From: a virus
Lineage: Duplodnaviria; Caudoviricetes
Reading direction: 5' to 3' (one strand)
IMG/VR virus record: IMGVR_UViG_3300037420_001129
Location: 1 to 27,114 of that record
Length of the DNA: 27,114 nucleotides
Shown: positions 1-8,737 of the stretch, one piece after another
Layout of the letters: each line of letters opens with the position of its first letter
Position numbering within the stretch: the first letter of the stretch is position 1
The notes under the pieces: model-generated
Databases searched by the model: none
What the model was told of the DNA's origin: nothing
What the model saw: the letters and a program-made list of their open reading frames with translations, nothing else
Made by a program: the position numbers and the translations under genes

Positions 1-242
1 AGCAGGTTCGACCTCTGCTCCTCGATCAACAACCCCCGCACGGCGAGCGTCACCGGGTCGTAGTCGATGCGCGGCGCGCCTGAGGCCACCGTCTCCAGCA
101 GGCCGGCCGCGTTGACGCGCGTGGCCGTGCTGGGGCGGCTGAACGAGATGCGAGGGTCGATGGCGCCACGGTCAAAGCGCAGGTCAAGCGCTGCACCGCG
201 CCGGAGGTTCAGCCCCGCTCCTCGGATACCGAGACCCAGCAT
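1..242 (-). CDS. Head spike fibre-like virion protein, N-terminal part (truncated by window edge; not in ORF track)
   Basis: ATG at 242 overlaps the upstream stop (TAATG). Manual translation MLGLGIRGAGLNLRRGAALDLRFDRGAIDPRISFSRPSTATRVNAAGLLETVASGAPRIDYDPVTLAVRGLLIEEQRSNL carries the F-x-R-x-S-x-AT...PR-x-DYDP...GLLIE-x-x-R-x-N motif of head-spike-fibre-type proteins. Confidence 0.75.
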   Translation of the reverse strand, partial: MLGLGIRGAGLNLRRGAALDLRFDRGAIDPRISFSRPSTATRVNAAGLLETVASGAPRIDYDPVTLAVRGLLIEEQRSNL

Positions 243-544
243 TACGCCCCCGGGGTCACGTAAGCCGTGCCAGAACCACCGGCGGCGCACACGAACGCCA
301 GGCGCTCGCCTTCGGCAATGCCGGTCAGGCGGTACTGCACGCCAGCCAGCAGCGGCAACGCGCCATTGGCGCCACCCGCCGTCGGCACGGCCGCGGTCGG
401 GTTGCCGCCGCGCAGGACAAAGCAGTCCACGGTTGCGGTCACGACGACATACCCGCCGTTGAGCGGCGCCGACTGCGCGGACGCGCTGCTGATCGCGATG
501 GCCTGCGTGCTGTTCGCGGCCGGGACGTTGAGGCTGATCTGCAT
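242..544 (-). CDS. Small beta-rich virion protein, possible spike base or capsid decoration protein (100 aa)
   Basis: C-terminal part of track ORF 242..748 from ATG at 544 (MQISLNVPAANSTQAIAISS...), preceded by GAGAGAG. Ala/Gly/Val/Thr-rich, and coupled to the fibre gene. Confidence 0.65.
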   Translation of the reverse strand: MQISLNVPAANSTQAIAISSASAQSAPLNGGYVVVTATVDCFVLRGGNPTAAVPTAGGANGALPLLAGVQYRLTGIAEGERLAFVCAAGGSGTAYVTPGA

Positions 545-552
545 GTGCTCTC

Positions 553-1953
553 TCACGAAGTGCCGGCCGCCGCATCGAGCGTGGCGCCGGTGATGACGAC
601 CCGCACGGGGTCGGTGATGGTCAGACGGAAGACGCGGTCGCGGGCGCTGCCCAGGCGCCGCCAGAGCGCGCGCGCCTGGCGCTCGCCCATGCGGCCAACG
701 GAGGCCCACAGCTCGGAGCTCCACGTGGCGCCGCCGTCGTCGCTCCACTGCAAGACGGCCTGCGGGTCACTGCCCTGGCCGCTGGCCAGGCCGACGCCCG
801 CCTCCATGTCCACCTGCAGCGAACGGAAGAACTGCCGCCGGCCCGCTGCGGCGATGTGCGGGCACTGCCGGATGCGCGGGAGCGCGGCGCCGGCGTCGGT
901 GTAGGTGTCGAGATCCAGGCGGTAGATCGCGCCGGTCTCGCGGTCGCCCGCCAGCGTGTGGCCGGCGAATTCGAAGCAGCACTGCGCGCGGTGCGCGTGC
1001 AGCAGGCCATTCGCATCGCGCCATGCGCGCTCGTGCCATAGGCCGGTGGCTGCGTCGAAGCACCAGGTGCGGTCGCCTGCGCTCAGCGCATAGAAGGCAT
1101 GGCCCTCCTGGTGGTACGTCCACGCAACGGCGCTGCTCAGGTTGCCGGCCTCGGCCAGCGCGAACTCGATCGCGTGCGTGCTCACGCGCTGCGGCTGATA
1201 GCCGGCGGCGCGCTGCACCATGCCCTTATCGTCGAGCCAGAAGACGCTGTTGTCGAGCTTGGCCACCGAGCCCGGCGCGGCGCAGCCTACTTCCAGGAAA
1301 GCGCCCTGGATGCGCTCGAAGGGAAAGTCGCTGTTGCCGCTGTTGAAGAACACCTCGGTGCTGGCCTCGCCGAACAGCCACAGCTCGCGGTGGTCAACGA
1401 TCAGGCTCACCAGCTGGTCAGGCGCGCCCTCGGCCGTGGCGAAGTCCAGATCGTCCACCGCCGTGCCGTACAGGCTCGTGATGTGGAAGCGGCCGGTACC
1501 GGGCTCGTCGAAGACGAAGTAGCCGTCGATGAAGTCCACGCGCGAGGCAGCGCGGCCCAGGCTCGTGACGGTGCCGGCAACGGGATCAACGGCCCACAGC
1601 GCCGCGCCTGTGGCGATCAGCACCGTGGTCCCGTTGCTGGCCATGCTGACGGGCGTCAGCCCCGGCGAGACAGTGCCCAGCGGGTAGATCGCGCCAGCGG
1701 CGGTGATGCGGTAGACCGTTGATCCGCCCACAGCGATCAGCGTGTCGGCGTCGAAGCGCAGCAGGCCGCGCACCGGCCCGGCGGGCAGCGTGCACCAGGT
1801 CGCGAGCCCCGGCGTGCCGATGAGCATGGCCACGCTCTTGCTCGTGCCGCTGCCGCTCACCTCCGGATAGAGGTTCACGCAGCGTTGCGAGTCGAACGCG
1901 CGCGAGCGCGCCTCGTAGGACGCGCCCACGAAGGGAAACGGGTTGGCAGCCAT
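553..1953 (-). CDS. Packaged-DNA stabilization protein / tail hub, P22 gp10-like (466 aa)
   Basis: Start re-called at MAANPFPFVG. Motifs VNLYPE, FATAEGAPD, LWLFG..STEV, STHAIE, TGLWHER, WSDDGG.TW, WRRLG..RDRVF are typical of gp10 homologues. Position after gp4. Confidence 0.9.
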   Translation of the reverse strand: MAANPFPFVGASYEARSRAFDSQRCVNLYPEVSGSGTSKSVAMLIGTPGLATWCTLPAGPVRGLLRFDADTLIAVGGSTVYRITAAGAIYPLGTVSPGLTPVSMASNGTTVLIATGAALWAVDPVAGTVTSLGRAASRVDFIDGYFVFDEPGTGRFHITSLYGTAVDDLDFATAEGAPDQLVSLIVDHRELWLFGEASTEVFFNSGNSDFPFERIQGAFLEVGCAAPGSVAKLDNSVFWLDDKGMVQRAAGYQPQRVSTHAIEFALAEAGNLSSAVAWTYHQEGHAFYALSAGDRTWCFDAATGLWHERAWRDANGLLHAHRAQCCFEFAGHTLAGDRETGAIYRLDLDTYTDAGAALPRIRQCPHIAAAGRRQFFRSLQVDMEAGVGLASGQGSDPQAVLQWSDDGGATWSSELWASVGRMGERQARALWRRLGSARDRVFRLTITDPVRVVITGATLDAAAGTS

Positions 1954-2005
1954 GGCGGAAAGAAGAAGGCCGCGCGAGGCGGGCCGGTTGATGGGTCTGG
2001 CGGGC

Positions 2006-2362
2006 TCAGCGGCCAGCGGCGAGGCCCAAGGCCTTGCCGGCCAACGCGTCGTCAACGAGCCGCGCCGTGGCGCCAGCGGCCTTCATGCCGACGAGGCCCG
2101 GCACTGCGCCGCCCAGGCTCTCGCCCAGGCTGCCGGCCAGCTTGCCCTCGGGTTCGCGCGTCAGGCCCATGCGGCGCATCCATTCGGAGCTGCCCACCGC
2201 GTCCTCGGGCACCGGCACGCCGGCGGCGCGCATCAGCGCCGCGAGGGCGTCCACGGGCATCGAGACGTTGCCCGCGACGCTGTTGGATGCGCCCTGCGCC
2301 AGGTCGCGCAGCGTGGTGCCAGCGCTGCGGCCGGCACTCATCAAGTCACCAAGGGTGGGCAT
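2006..2362 (-). CDS. Hypothetical 118-aa Ala/Gly-rich protein between gp4 and gp10
   Basis: ATG at 2362 overlaps the gp4 stop (TGATG). Sequence MPTLGDLMSAGRSAGTTLRDLAQGASNSVAGNVSMPVD...GSSEWMRRMGL. Confidence 0.7.
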   Translation of the reverse strand: MPTLGDLMSAGRSAGTTLRDLAQGASNSVAGNVSMPVDALAALMRAAGVPVPEDAVGSSEWMRRMGLTREPEGKLAGSLGESLGGAVPGLVGMKAAGATARLVDDALAGKALGLAAGR

Positions 2363-3060
2363 CAGTAGATGTCTCCTGCGAGGAACGCGGCCTGGCCGCT
2401 CAGGCGCCGCGGCACCACCTCGAGCTCCGGCGGATCGGGGATGTTGGCCCGCTTGATGTCGGCCTTGCTGTCGCGCGCGATCGCGATGACGTCGGCGCGC
2501 AGCTCGGCGCCGTACTCGGGTGCCAGCTCCACCGCCAGCGCGTAGCGCAGCGCCCGTGCGTAGCCCGGCGGCATCACCAGCTGCTGCGCCGCGTTTGTCA
2601 GCGGCGTGAACGGCAGTGCGCTGGCCAGCGTGATCTGCAGCGCGCCCTGCGGCGCCGGCCACAGCCGCACCAGGCCCTGCGGGAAGTCGGGGCGGTAGAC
2701 CAGCGCGCACGGCGTGTTCTGCAGCGCCCGGTTCTGGATCTCGTCCCAGCGCGTGAGGCTGATGAGCTGCAGATCGCGATCGAGGCCGTCGACGTGCACC
2801 ACGGCGCTGATGATCGACACCGGCCGCGCACCGTCCCAGTCGCCGCCAGGGCCCAGGCGATATTCCTGCTGCCCTGCGACGGTCTGGAACTGCTGCTCCT
2901 GGCGCGTGTAGACCGTGAGCCGCTCCAGGCCCCAGCTCTCAAGGATGTCGTTGAGCGTGCTCAGGGCGTCCTGAGCCTCGGGGGCGCTGGGCGTCTCGCC
3001 GGTCGCGATGGCGCCGATCAGCCGCAGCGCGCCCTTGATGATGTCCAGCGCGATGGTCAT
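2362..3060 (-). CDS. Head-to-tail adaptor, P22 gp4-like (232 aa)
   Basis: Start re-called at MTIALDIIKGALRLIG..GETP..E..DAL..LND...W. C-terminal P.GY..AL.Y.LA.ELAPEYG motif. Confidence 0.85.
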   Translation of the reverse strand: MTIALDIIKGALRLIGAIATGETPSAPEAQDALSTLNDILESWGLERLTVYTRQEQQFQTVAGQQEYRLGPGGDWDGARPVSIISAVVHVDGLDRDLQLISLTRWDEIQNRALQNTPCALVYRPDFPQGLVRLWPAPQGALQITLASALPFTPLTNAAQQLVMPPGYARALRYALAVELAPEYGAELRADVIAIARDSKADIKRANIPDPPELEVVPRRLSGQAAFLAGDIY

Positions 3061-3061
3061 C

Positions 3062-3211
3062 TTACTTCTTCGCCTTGGGCTCGGGCTCGCCGATGCCGCG
3101 GAAGCCGGCGGCGCGCTGCGCATCCTCCTCTTCCTTGTTCTTGACGATGACGGGCTCGGCCTTCTCGTCGCCGGCCGGGTACAGGGCTTTCGGGTATTCC
3201 TGGAATTGCAT
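3062..3211 (-). CDS. Small conserved post-coat protein (49 aa; not in ORF track)
   Basis: Manual translation MQFQEYPKALYPAGDEKAEPVIVKNKEEEDAQRAAGFRGIGEPEPKAKK. Strong AGGAG RBS. Fills the coat-gp4 gap. Confidence 0.8.
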   Translation of the reverse strand: MQFQEYPKALYPAGDEKAEPVIVKNKEEEDAQRAAGFRGIGEPEPKAKK

Positions 3212-3225
3212 GTGTGCTCCTGAAG

Positions 3226-3250
3226 GAGGAAACGGGCCCGAAGGCCCGTC
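3226..3250 (-). terminator. Hairpin (weak terminator or mRNA-stabilising stem) after the coat gene
   Basis: Minus strand GACGGGCC-TTCG-GGCCCGTT-TCCTCC: UUCG-type loop with a short U tract. Confidence 0.6.
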
Positions 3251-3268
3251 TGAAGGTGGTGGTGACGC

Positions 3269-4477
3269 TTACTGGATGACGCGGCAGGCGTGGATGCCGC
3301 GCACCGCGGCAAAGCCGCCCAGGAAGTCGATGCGGGTCGATTCCGTCAGGTTCGAGCCGTTGCCGAAGGTCTGCACCGTCAGCGCGATGCCGTTGGCCTT
3401 GTAGACGTAGCCCTCGGCGCCGGCCACCACCTTCAGCGGCTTGCTGGCAATGGTGAAGGCGTCGCGCTGGAACATCAGGCTGTTCACGTAGCCGGTACTG
3501 GCCGCGCCGACGAAGGTCAGTGCGGCGCCGTTGGCCGGCGAGGCGCTGACGGTCTGGCCGGGCATGGAGGCGTCGATGGCCGGGTAGATCGGCAGCGAGG
3601 CGGTCGCGCCGGCAGCGGTCACGTCGGCCGTGATGACGAACTGCTGCAGTCCGCCGTAGACCTGGCCGGTCAGCGGGTGGACCGCGTACACGCCACAGGT
3701 GAAGACCTGCCCTTGCTTGAACGTGTCGCCGGCGGTCAGACCGCCCACCACCAGGGTGTTGCCAGTCTGGCCGGCGCCGCTGACGGTCACGCTGGCCACC
3801 TTCGAGCCGTTGGTGACCACCGGCAGATTGACGCACTCGAAGAACGTCGCGCCCTGGGCCATGCCAGTGACCGTGCCTTCCTTGTAGGCCTTGGCGATGG
3901 TCGGAACGGGGTTGAACAGCGCCTTGGACGCGTCCACCAGCTCCACGTTGGCCTCGGACGACATGAGGCAGGCGCGCGGATCGGTCGGAGCCAGGAACTG
4001 CTGCAGCTTCTGGCGCGCCTGGCTGAAGGTCTTCATCGAGCTGGGGGTGGTGCCCGGCGTGCCCACGAGGTTGGGCGTTGCGATGACGGCGCGGCGGATG
4101 AACTCCGCTTCCAGCGACGCAGCCAGCGTGCTGATCTGCGGGCGCAGGATGCGCTCCTTCCAGTCGGTGACGTCGGTCAGGATCTCCTTGGCGGAGAACG
4201 TGACGCCGCAGTGCTTGTGGATGTCCAGGGCCAGCGTCACGCTGTCTTCCACGACATCCTCGGCCGCACCGCCGCCGGCGAACGTGGGGCCGTCGTAGAC
4301 CTTGCCGGAGCGCGGCACGGTGATGGTCACCGACTGGCCGGTCTTGTAGCCGTTCATGTCCTTGGCCAGGTCCTCCTCGCGTTCGCGATTGGCCTGGGTC
4401 AGGAAGGGCGCCGACTCTTCCAGCAGCTCGGCTGCGGCGCGGGCAATGATCTGGTGGACTTTGAGCTGGTTGCTCAT
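3269..4477 (-). CDS. Major capsid protein, P22 coat family (402 aa)
   Basis: MSNQL..., K.G.SVTI.VP, GD.F....VYAVHP.T, LQQFV.TAD, ..RDAF, RID.L.G motifs. Position after the scaffold gene, with AAGGAA RBS. Confidence 0.93.
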   Translation of the reverse strand: MSNQLKVHQIIARAAAELLEESAPFLTQANREREEDLAKDMNGYKTGQSVTITVPRSGKVYDGPTFAGGGAAEDVVEDSVTLALDIHKHCGVTFSAKEILTDVTDWKERILRPQISTLAASLEAEFIRRAVIATPNLVGTPGTTPSSMKTFSQARQKLQQFLAPTDPRACLMSSEANVELVDASKALFNPVPTIAKAYKEGTVTGMAQGATFFECVNLPVVTNGSKVASVTVSGAGQTGNTLVVGGLTAGDTFKQGQVFTCGVYAVHPLTGQVYGGLQQFVITADVTAAGATASLPIYPAIDASMPGQTVSASPANGAALTFVGAASTGYVNSLMFQRDAFTIASKPLKVVAGAEGYVYKANGIALTVQTFGNGSNLTESTRIDFLGGFAAVRGIHACRVIQ

Positions 4478-4494
4478 GGTTCAGGTTCCTTGAA

Positions 4495-5364
4495 TCACTT
4501 TTTCTGGGACAGACGCCACGCGCGGTATTCCGCATCGGTCATCTGGGACGGGTCTTTCGCTGCCGCGCCGGAGCCGGTGAGCGGCTTCAGCGGCGGCGGC
4601 GCCTTGGAGACAGGGGGCGGCGCAGGACGGGCCAGGCGCTCTTCCAGGCGGCCGATCTCGCGATCAACCTGCCGCGCGGACATGCCGCTGAGCTGCTGCG
4701 CGAGCTGCGGGTTCTTGGCCAGGTGGTAGGCCAGCTCCGGACCGCGGTCGCTGTCCAGGATGGCTTCCTGCACCGCCTGCGACACGTGCACGTTCGCCGC
4801 GGCGGACATGACGGCGTCGTAGTCGGGCAGCGCCTGGCGTACGGCGGCCTGCCGTTCGGTCCAGGCCTCGGCCCGGGCCTGCTCGGCTTGCTGCGTGAGC
4901 TGCTGACGCTGCTGCTGCAGCGCCTGCGCCTGCTGCTGGTCGCGCGCGCTGAGCATCTGCGCGGCCTCGTACTTGGTCAGCGCGGCGACGTAGTCGCCGT
5001 AGTCCTCGAACTGCCGCGGGTCGGGCTTGGTGGCGGGCGCTTGGCCCGAGGTTTGCGTCCCGCTCTGCAGTTGCTGCAGCCGCTGCTCGAGCTCGCTGGC
5101 GCGACGTTCGGCCTCATGCCGCTGCCGCGTTAGCTCGTCGATGCGCTTCTGCACGCCCGGCTTGAACCGGCCCTGCTCGTCGCGCTGCTGCTGTTGCTGC
5201 TCCTGGCCTTGCTGGCCTTCCTGCTGCTGCCCCTCGATCTGAGCAGTGCCAGCGCCTGCGCCATCGCCGCCCGCGGGGAGCTGCTGTTGCGTCTGCTGCT
5301 GGTCATTGGCCGGCGGGGTGGTGCCGGTCTGCTGCTCGGTGTTTCCTTCAACGTGCATGGTCAT
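4495..5364 (-). CDS. Scaffolding protein (289 aa)
   Basis: Gln-rich coiled coil with RDEQGRF, VQKRIDELT..R.EAER, P.P.QF.DY..YV.AL and GPELAYHLAKNP motifs. Lies between portal and coat. Confidence 0.85.
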   Translation of the reverse strand: MTMHVEGNTEQQTGTTPPANDQQQTQQQLPAGGDGAGAGTAQIEGQQQEGQQGQEQQQQQRDEQGRFKPGVQKRIDELTRQRHEAERRASELEQRLQQLQSGTQTSGQAPATKPDPRQFEDYGDYVAALTKYEAAQMLSARDQQQAQALQQQRQQLTQQAEQARAEAWTERQAAVRQALPDYDAVMSAAANVHVSQAVQEAILDSDRGPELAYHLAKNPQLAQQLSGMSARQVDREIGRLEERLARPAPPPVSKAPPPLKPLTGSGAAAKDPSQMTDAEYRAWRLSQKK

Positions 5365-7466
5365 CCCATGAATTGCTGCCCAGGGTCCGCCTGGTGCGGG
5401 TCGCTGTTCACCTGGTCCCCGGGCGCGACAGGCTCAGGGGGCGGAAAAGAAGAAGGCCCCTCGTGGGGGCCTTCGGTGAGTGCTTGCGCGGTGAGCTGCG
5501 GTGGCGGCTGCATCTTCTGGATGAGCAACTGCACCCAGCCCTTCAGCTCCTCGACGTCCTGGCGGCTGGTGGCGTTGATGCGCGCCACCTCGATCTGCGC
5601 CTCGGCCTGGATCTGCGCCTTGTCCAGCCCGGCCTGCGCCTGCTGCAACGCCTGCTCCAACTGCCGGATGTGCTCCTGGGCCTGCTGCATCTGCTGCTGC
5701 ACCTCGGGTGGGATCTGCGGTTGGCCGCCCTGCTCCACGCCCTCGAGCTGCTGCACCGCCGGCGGCGCCATGGTCAGCAGCACCTTGGCCAGCTTGTCGG
5801 CCTCGGGGAAATCCTGCAGCCGCGCCCACATGGGGCCCAGCACCGGCATCAGCTGCGGCGTCGCGCGCACCAGCTCCGTGAGCTGCAGCGCAGCCTCCTG
5901 CCGCTGCGTGCTGTAGGCCGGGCCCACCTTCACGCGCACGTCATAGGCGCCCACGCCAGGGTTGATGGCCACCACGGCTTTGCCGTCGTGCCGCGCCGGC
6001 GCCTTCAGGCCCGGGTCCACGTGCACGAAGCTCTGCTCGCCGTTTACGCCCAGGATGCGGGCGCGCCGCGGCGTGTCGTAGACGCGCGGGATCATGTCCA
6101 CCGCGACGCGGCCGAGCTGCTCGATGGAGCGCGCCAGGTTGTCGATGAAGTGGAAGGTGGCGGTGTCGCCCTCCTGGCGCCGCGCATTGATCGCGCGGCC
6201 GCTGCGCTCGTTGCCCTGGGCGCCGAGGTTGGCCTTGTACATGCCGACAGCCGCTTCCATCTCCTGGCCGGCCAGCACCGCGCTCTGGGCGAAGCCCGCG
6301 GGCATCGTGGGCGGGTTCAGGCGCGTGGGCGGCGGCACCGGGTTGTTCTCGGCGTCCACGTGGTTGTACGGCAGGTAGCTGGGGTTGCCGCTGTTCAGCC
6401 GCTCCCAGTGCCGTTCATGCCCGGCGATCGCCTCCGCCGGCGCCACGAAGGGCGCCTTCGGCTGCGTGGCCAGCGCCTCGGCCAGCGCCGTCATCTCGTA
6501 GTTGTGCAGCCGCTGGCCGTCCATCAGGCGGCGCGTGAGGCCGCACAGGTAGCGCTTGCCATCCACCCACAGCTCGAAGCCCAGCACCGGGATGATAGGC
6601 AGGAACTGCGACGGGAAGTCGGTCTCCTCGAGGACCTCGGCGCCGGTCAGGTGCCGCCACTTCACGCTGCGCTCGGTCGCTTCGAACTGGCGCAGCACCC
6701 GCGGCTGAAAGCCCAGCTCCTGCGCCCGGGTCCAGTACTCGTCTTCCGCCAGGAGCTGCTGCGAGCCGTCGGGCAGCACGATCTCCAGGCTGTTGCGCAG
6801 CGACTCGGCGACTTCGAACTCTTCGGCGATGCGGACCAGGTCGGCGTTCGCCTGCGTCCAGATGCCGCCGCCGTCGTCCCAGTCGGCCGTGGCTGAGGCC
6901 TTGGGCCAGCGCGCTTTGAAGGCGCGCCTGGGCATCATCGTGGTGGCCCAGCCGACCGTGGCGTCCGAGCCGTCAGGCTGCGTCCAGCCGGCTTCCAGCA
7001 TGCAGCTCAGCGGGTCGTGGGCGCGCAGGATGCGGATTTCCTGCTCGTTCGTCTCCGGCCGCATTACCTGCGGCACCACGCGCAGCCAGCCCAGGCCAGC
7101 GCGAGCGCTGAGCTCTATGGCCGTGTCGTAGGCGATGCCCGCGCGGCTCACGTACTCGATGTGCCGGATCATCCCGCCGATCTGCTCGGCCACGGCCGGG
7201 TCGGCGACGCTATCGGCCGGCAGGACCTCGATGCTGGGCTTGTTCTGCCGCGCGTCATTCACCACCTGCTGGATGAATTGGTTCGTGCGGTCGAAGGTGT
7301 ACGCAGGCCGCGCCTTGCGGGCCTGCAGCATCTCGGCCGGCCACTGCTCGGGCTTGGCCGGGTTGCTGAAGCGCAGATCTTCCAGGATGCGCTGGTGCGT
7401 CTCGGACATCTCGTCCAGCGCGTCCTGGTAGCGCTCCTTGCTGCGCTGAAGGGTGTCTTGTGCCAT
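5361..7466 (-). CDS. Portal protein, P22-like (701 aa)
   Basis: EDLRF...QWP, VVNDARQNKP, G.GW.RV, SGRAINARRQEGD..TFHFIDNL, YDVRV.VGP.YSTQRQEA. Gln-rich C-terminal barrel region. Confidence 0.95.
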   Translation of the reverse strand: MAQDTLQRSKERYQDALDEMSETHQRILEDLRFSNPAKPEQWPAEMLQARKARPAYTFDRTNQFIQQVVNDARQNKPSIEVLPADSVADPAVAEQIGGMIRHIEYVSRAGIAYDTAIELSARAGLGWLRVVPQVMRPETNEQEIRILRAHDPLSCMLEAGWTQPDGSDATVGWATTMMPRRAFKARWPKASATADWDDGGGIWTQANADLVRIAEEFEVAESLRNSLEIVLPDGSQQLLAEDEYWTRAQELGFQPRVLRQFEATERSVKWRHLTGAEVLEETDFPSQFLPIIPVLGFELWVDGKRYLCGLTRRLMDGQRLHNYEMTALAEALATQPKAPFVAPAEAIAGHERHWERLNSGNPSYLPYNHVDAENNPVPPPTRLNPPTMPAGFAQSAVLAGQEMEAAVGMYKANLGAQGNERSGRAINARRQEGDTATFHFIDNLARSIEQLGRVAVDMIPRVYDTPRRARILGVNGEQSFVHVDPGLKAPARHDGKAVVAINPGVGAYDVRVKVGPAYSTQRQEAALQLTELVRATPQLMPVLGPMWARLQDFPEADKLAKVLLTMAPPAVQQLEGVEQGGQPQIPPEVQQQMQQAQEHIRQLEQALQQAQAGLDKAQIQAEAQIEVARINATSRQDVEELKGWVQLLIQKMQPPPQLTAQALTEGPHEGPSSFPPPEPVAPGDQVNSDPHQADPGQQFMG

Positions 7467-7471
7467 GGGTG

Positions 7472-8737
7472 TCAGCCCGCCCAGGTCCCGGGCTCAGAAA
7501 GTTGAATGGTGCGGCGCTCGCGCGCGGCGTTGGTCAGCTGGTCGGCGTCCAGGCACAGGTAGCGGAACGCGTCCGCGCCGTGGCTGTACTGGTCGTGCAG
7601 CGGCGTGCCACCTTCGCCCGTCTTGGTGCTGACGTTGCGGCGGTAGCGCTTCAAGCACTCGATCAGCCGCTTGACGCCCGGCGCCTCGGTGTTGAACCAG
7701 ATGCGCGGGAACACCAAGCGCGCCGTGCGAATGCCCTGCTCCACTTCGACGTTGGGCGTCTGCTTGACGCTGCGGCCCAGCGCCTTCAGCACCTGCTCGT
7801 CGCTCTTACCGGTCTGGTGGCGCACCGCAAAGCCGTCGTGCGGCAGCCAGTCGTCGCCCCAGTTGCGCGGCACCTCGGTGAGCTCGCGCACGTAGTCCGG
7901 CAGCGCCCGGTGCGAGTCCTCGATGTAGTCCACCACGCGGATCTCGCTGGCCGCGCGCTGCGCCAGGATGATGGACATGGAGTCGTTCCAGCCCAGGTCC
8001 CAGATCGTGTGCAGCTTCAGCAGCGGGTCGTAGGGCACGCGGGTGAAGCGCCCCTCCTCCTCGGCCTTGGCAACCTCGTTGAAGTAGATCGCGCCCTCCA
8101 CGGCGGGCTTGCACTTGCCGCCCCACACGTGGTTGTAGTCGGCCTCGCTCATGGTCGCCTTCGCGTGCAGCCGCTCGGTCTCCAGCACTGCCGGAAACCA
8201 CGGGTTGTCCTGCCAGTTCATCTCGATCGAGATGGTTCCCGGCGCCGGCCGGATCACGGCCATCTGGTGCGTCTCGTCGCTCTCCAGCTCCGGGTTGTAG
8301 GTCGCCCAGATCTCGGAGCCTTCCTTGCGGATCGTCGGCACCAGGATGCGCCAGGACCGCGCCGTGATCGTCTGGGCCTCTTCACACCAGACGATGTCGC
8401 AGCCTTCAAACGACTTGATGCTGTCGGCCGTCTGATCGCTCAGGCCGGAGAAGAAGAACTGCGTGCCGTTACGCCCGCGAATCTCGGTCTCCAGGACCTC
8501 GTAGAAGCTGCTCAGGCCCAGCGCGGCGATCTGATCGCGCAGCAGCTGGTGCACAGACTGCTTGATGCTCTTCTGGATCTCGCGGGTGCACAGGATGCGC
8601 AGCGGTCGGCTCGCGCCGAGCAGCAGCAGTCCACGCGCCACGCCCCAGCTCTTGCCGGAGCCACGGCCGCCGCGGATGAACTTGTACCGGGAAGGCTCGA
8701 AGAGGATGCGCAGCTTCTCGGGGAACTGCGCCTTCAT
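7472..8737 (-). CDS. terL: Terminase large subunit, PBSX family (421 aa)
   Basis: Walker A GGRGSGKS, REIQKSI, Walker B WCEEAQ, PTIRK.GSEIW..YNP, nuclease WDLG..D and H.ADAFRY. Confidence 0.96.
   Translation of the reverse strand: MKAQFPEKLRILFEPSRYKFIRGGRGSGKSWGVARGLLLLGASRPLRILCTREIQKSIKQSVHQLLRDQIAALGLSSFYEVLETEIRGRNGTQFFFSGLSDQTADSIKSFEGCDIVWCEEAQTITARSWRILVPTIRKEGSEIWATYNPELESDETHQMAVIRPAPGTISIEMNWQDNPWFPAVLETERLHAKATMSEADYNHVWGGKCKPAVEGAIYFNEVAKAEEEGRFTRVPYDPLLKLHTIWDLGWNDSMSIILAQRAASEIRVVDYIEDSHRALPDYVRELTEVPRNWGDDWLPHDGFAVRHQTGKSDEQVLKALGRSVKQTPNVEVEQGIRTARLVFPRIWFNTEAPGVKRLIECLKRYRRNVSTKTGEGGTPLHDQYSHGADAFRYLCLDADQLTNAARERRTIQLSEPGTWAG

Noticed and set aside
2362-4535. Open frames running across the coat stop (3057..4535 and the 5' extension of 2362..3312), suggesting a programmed frameshift that extends the coat
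   Set aside because: No slippery sequence seen near the coat stop. The gap is better explained by a hairpin and a 49-aa gene with its own RBS.
4880-5720. CAG/CTG-rich low-complexity runs
   Set aside because: They encode Gln-rich coiled coils of the scaffold and portal C-terminus, not a DNA repeat element.
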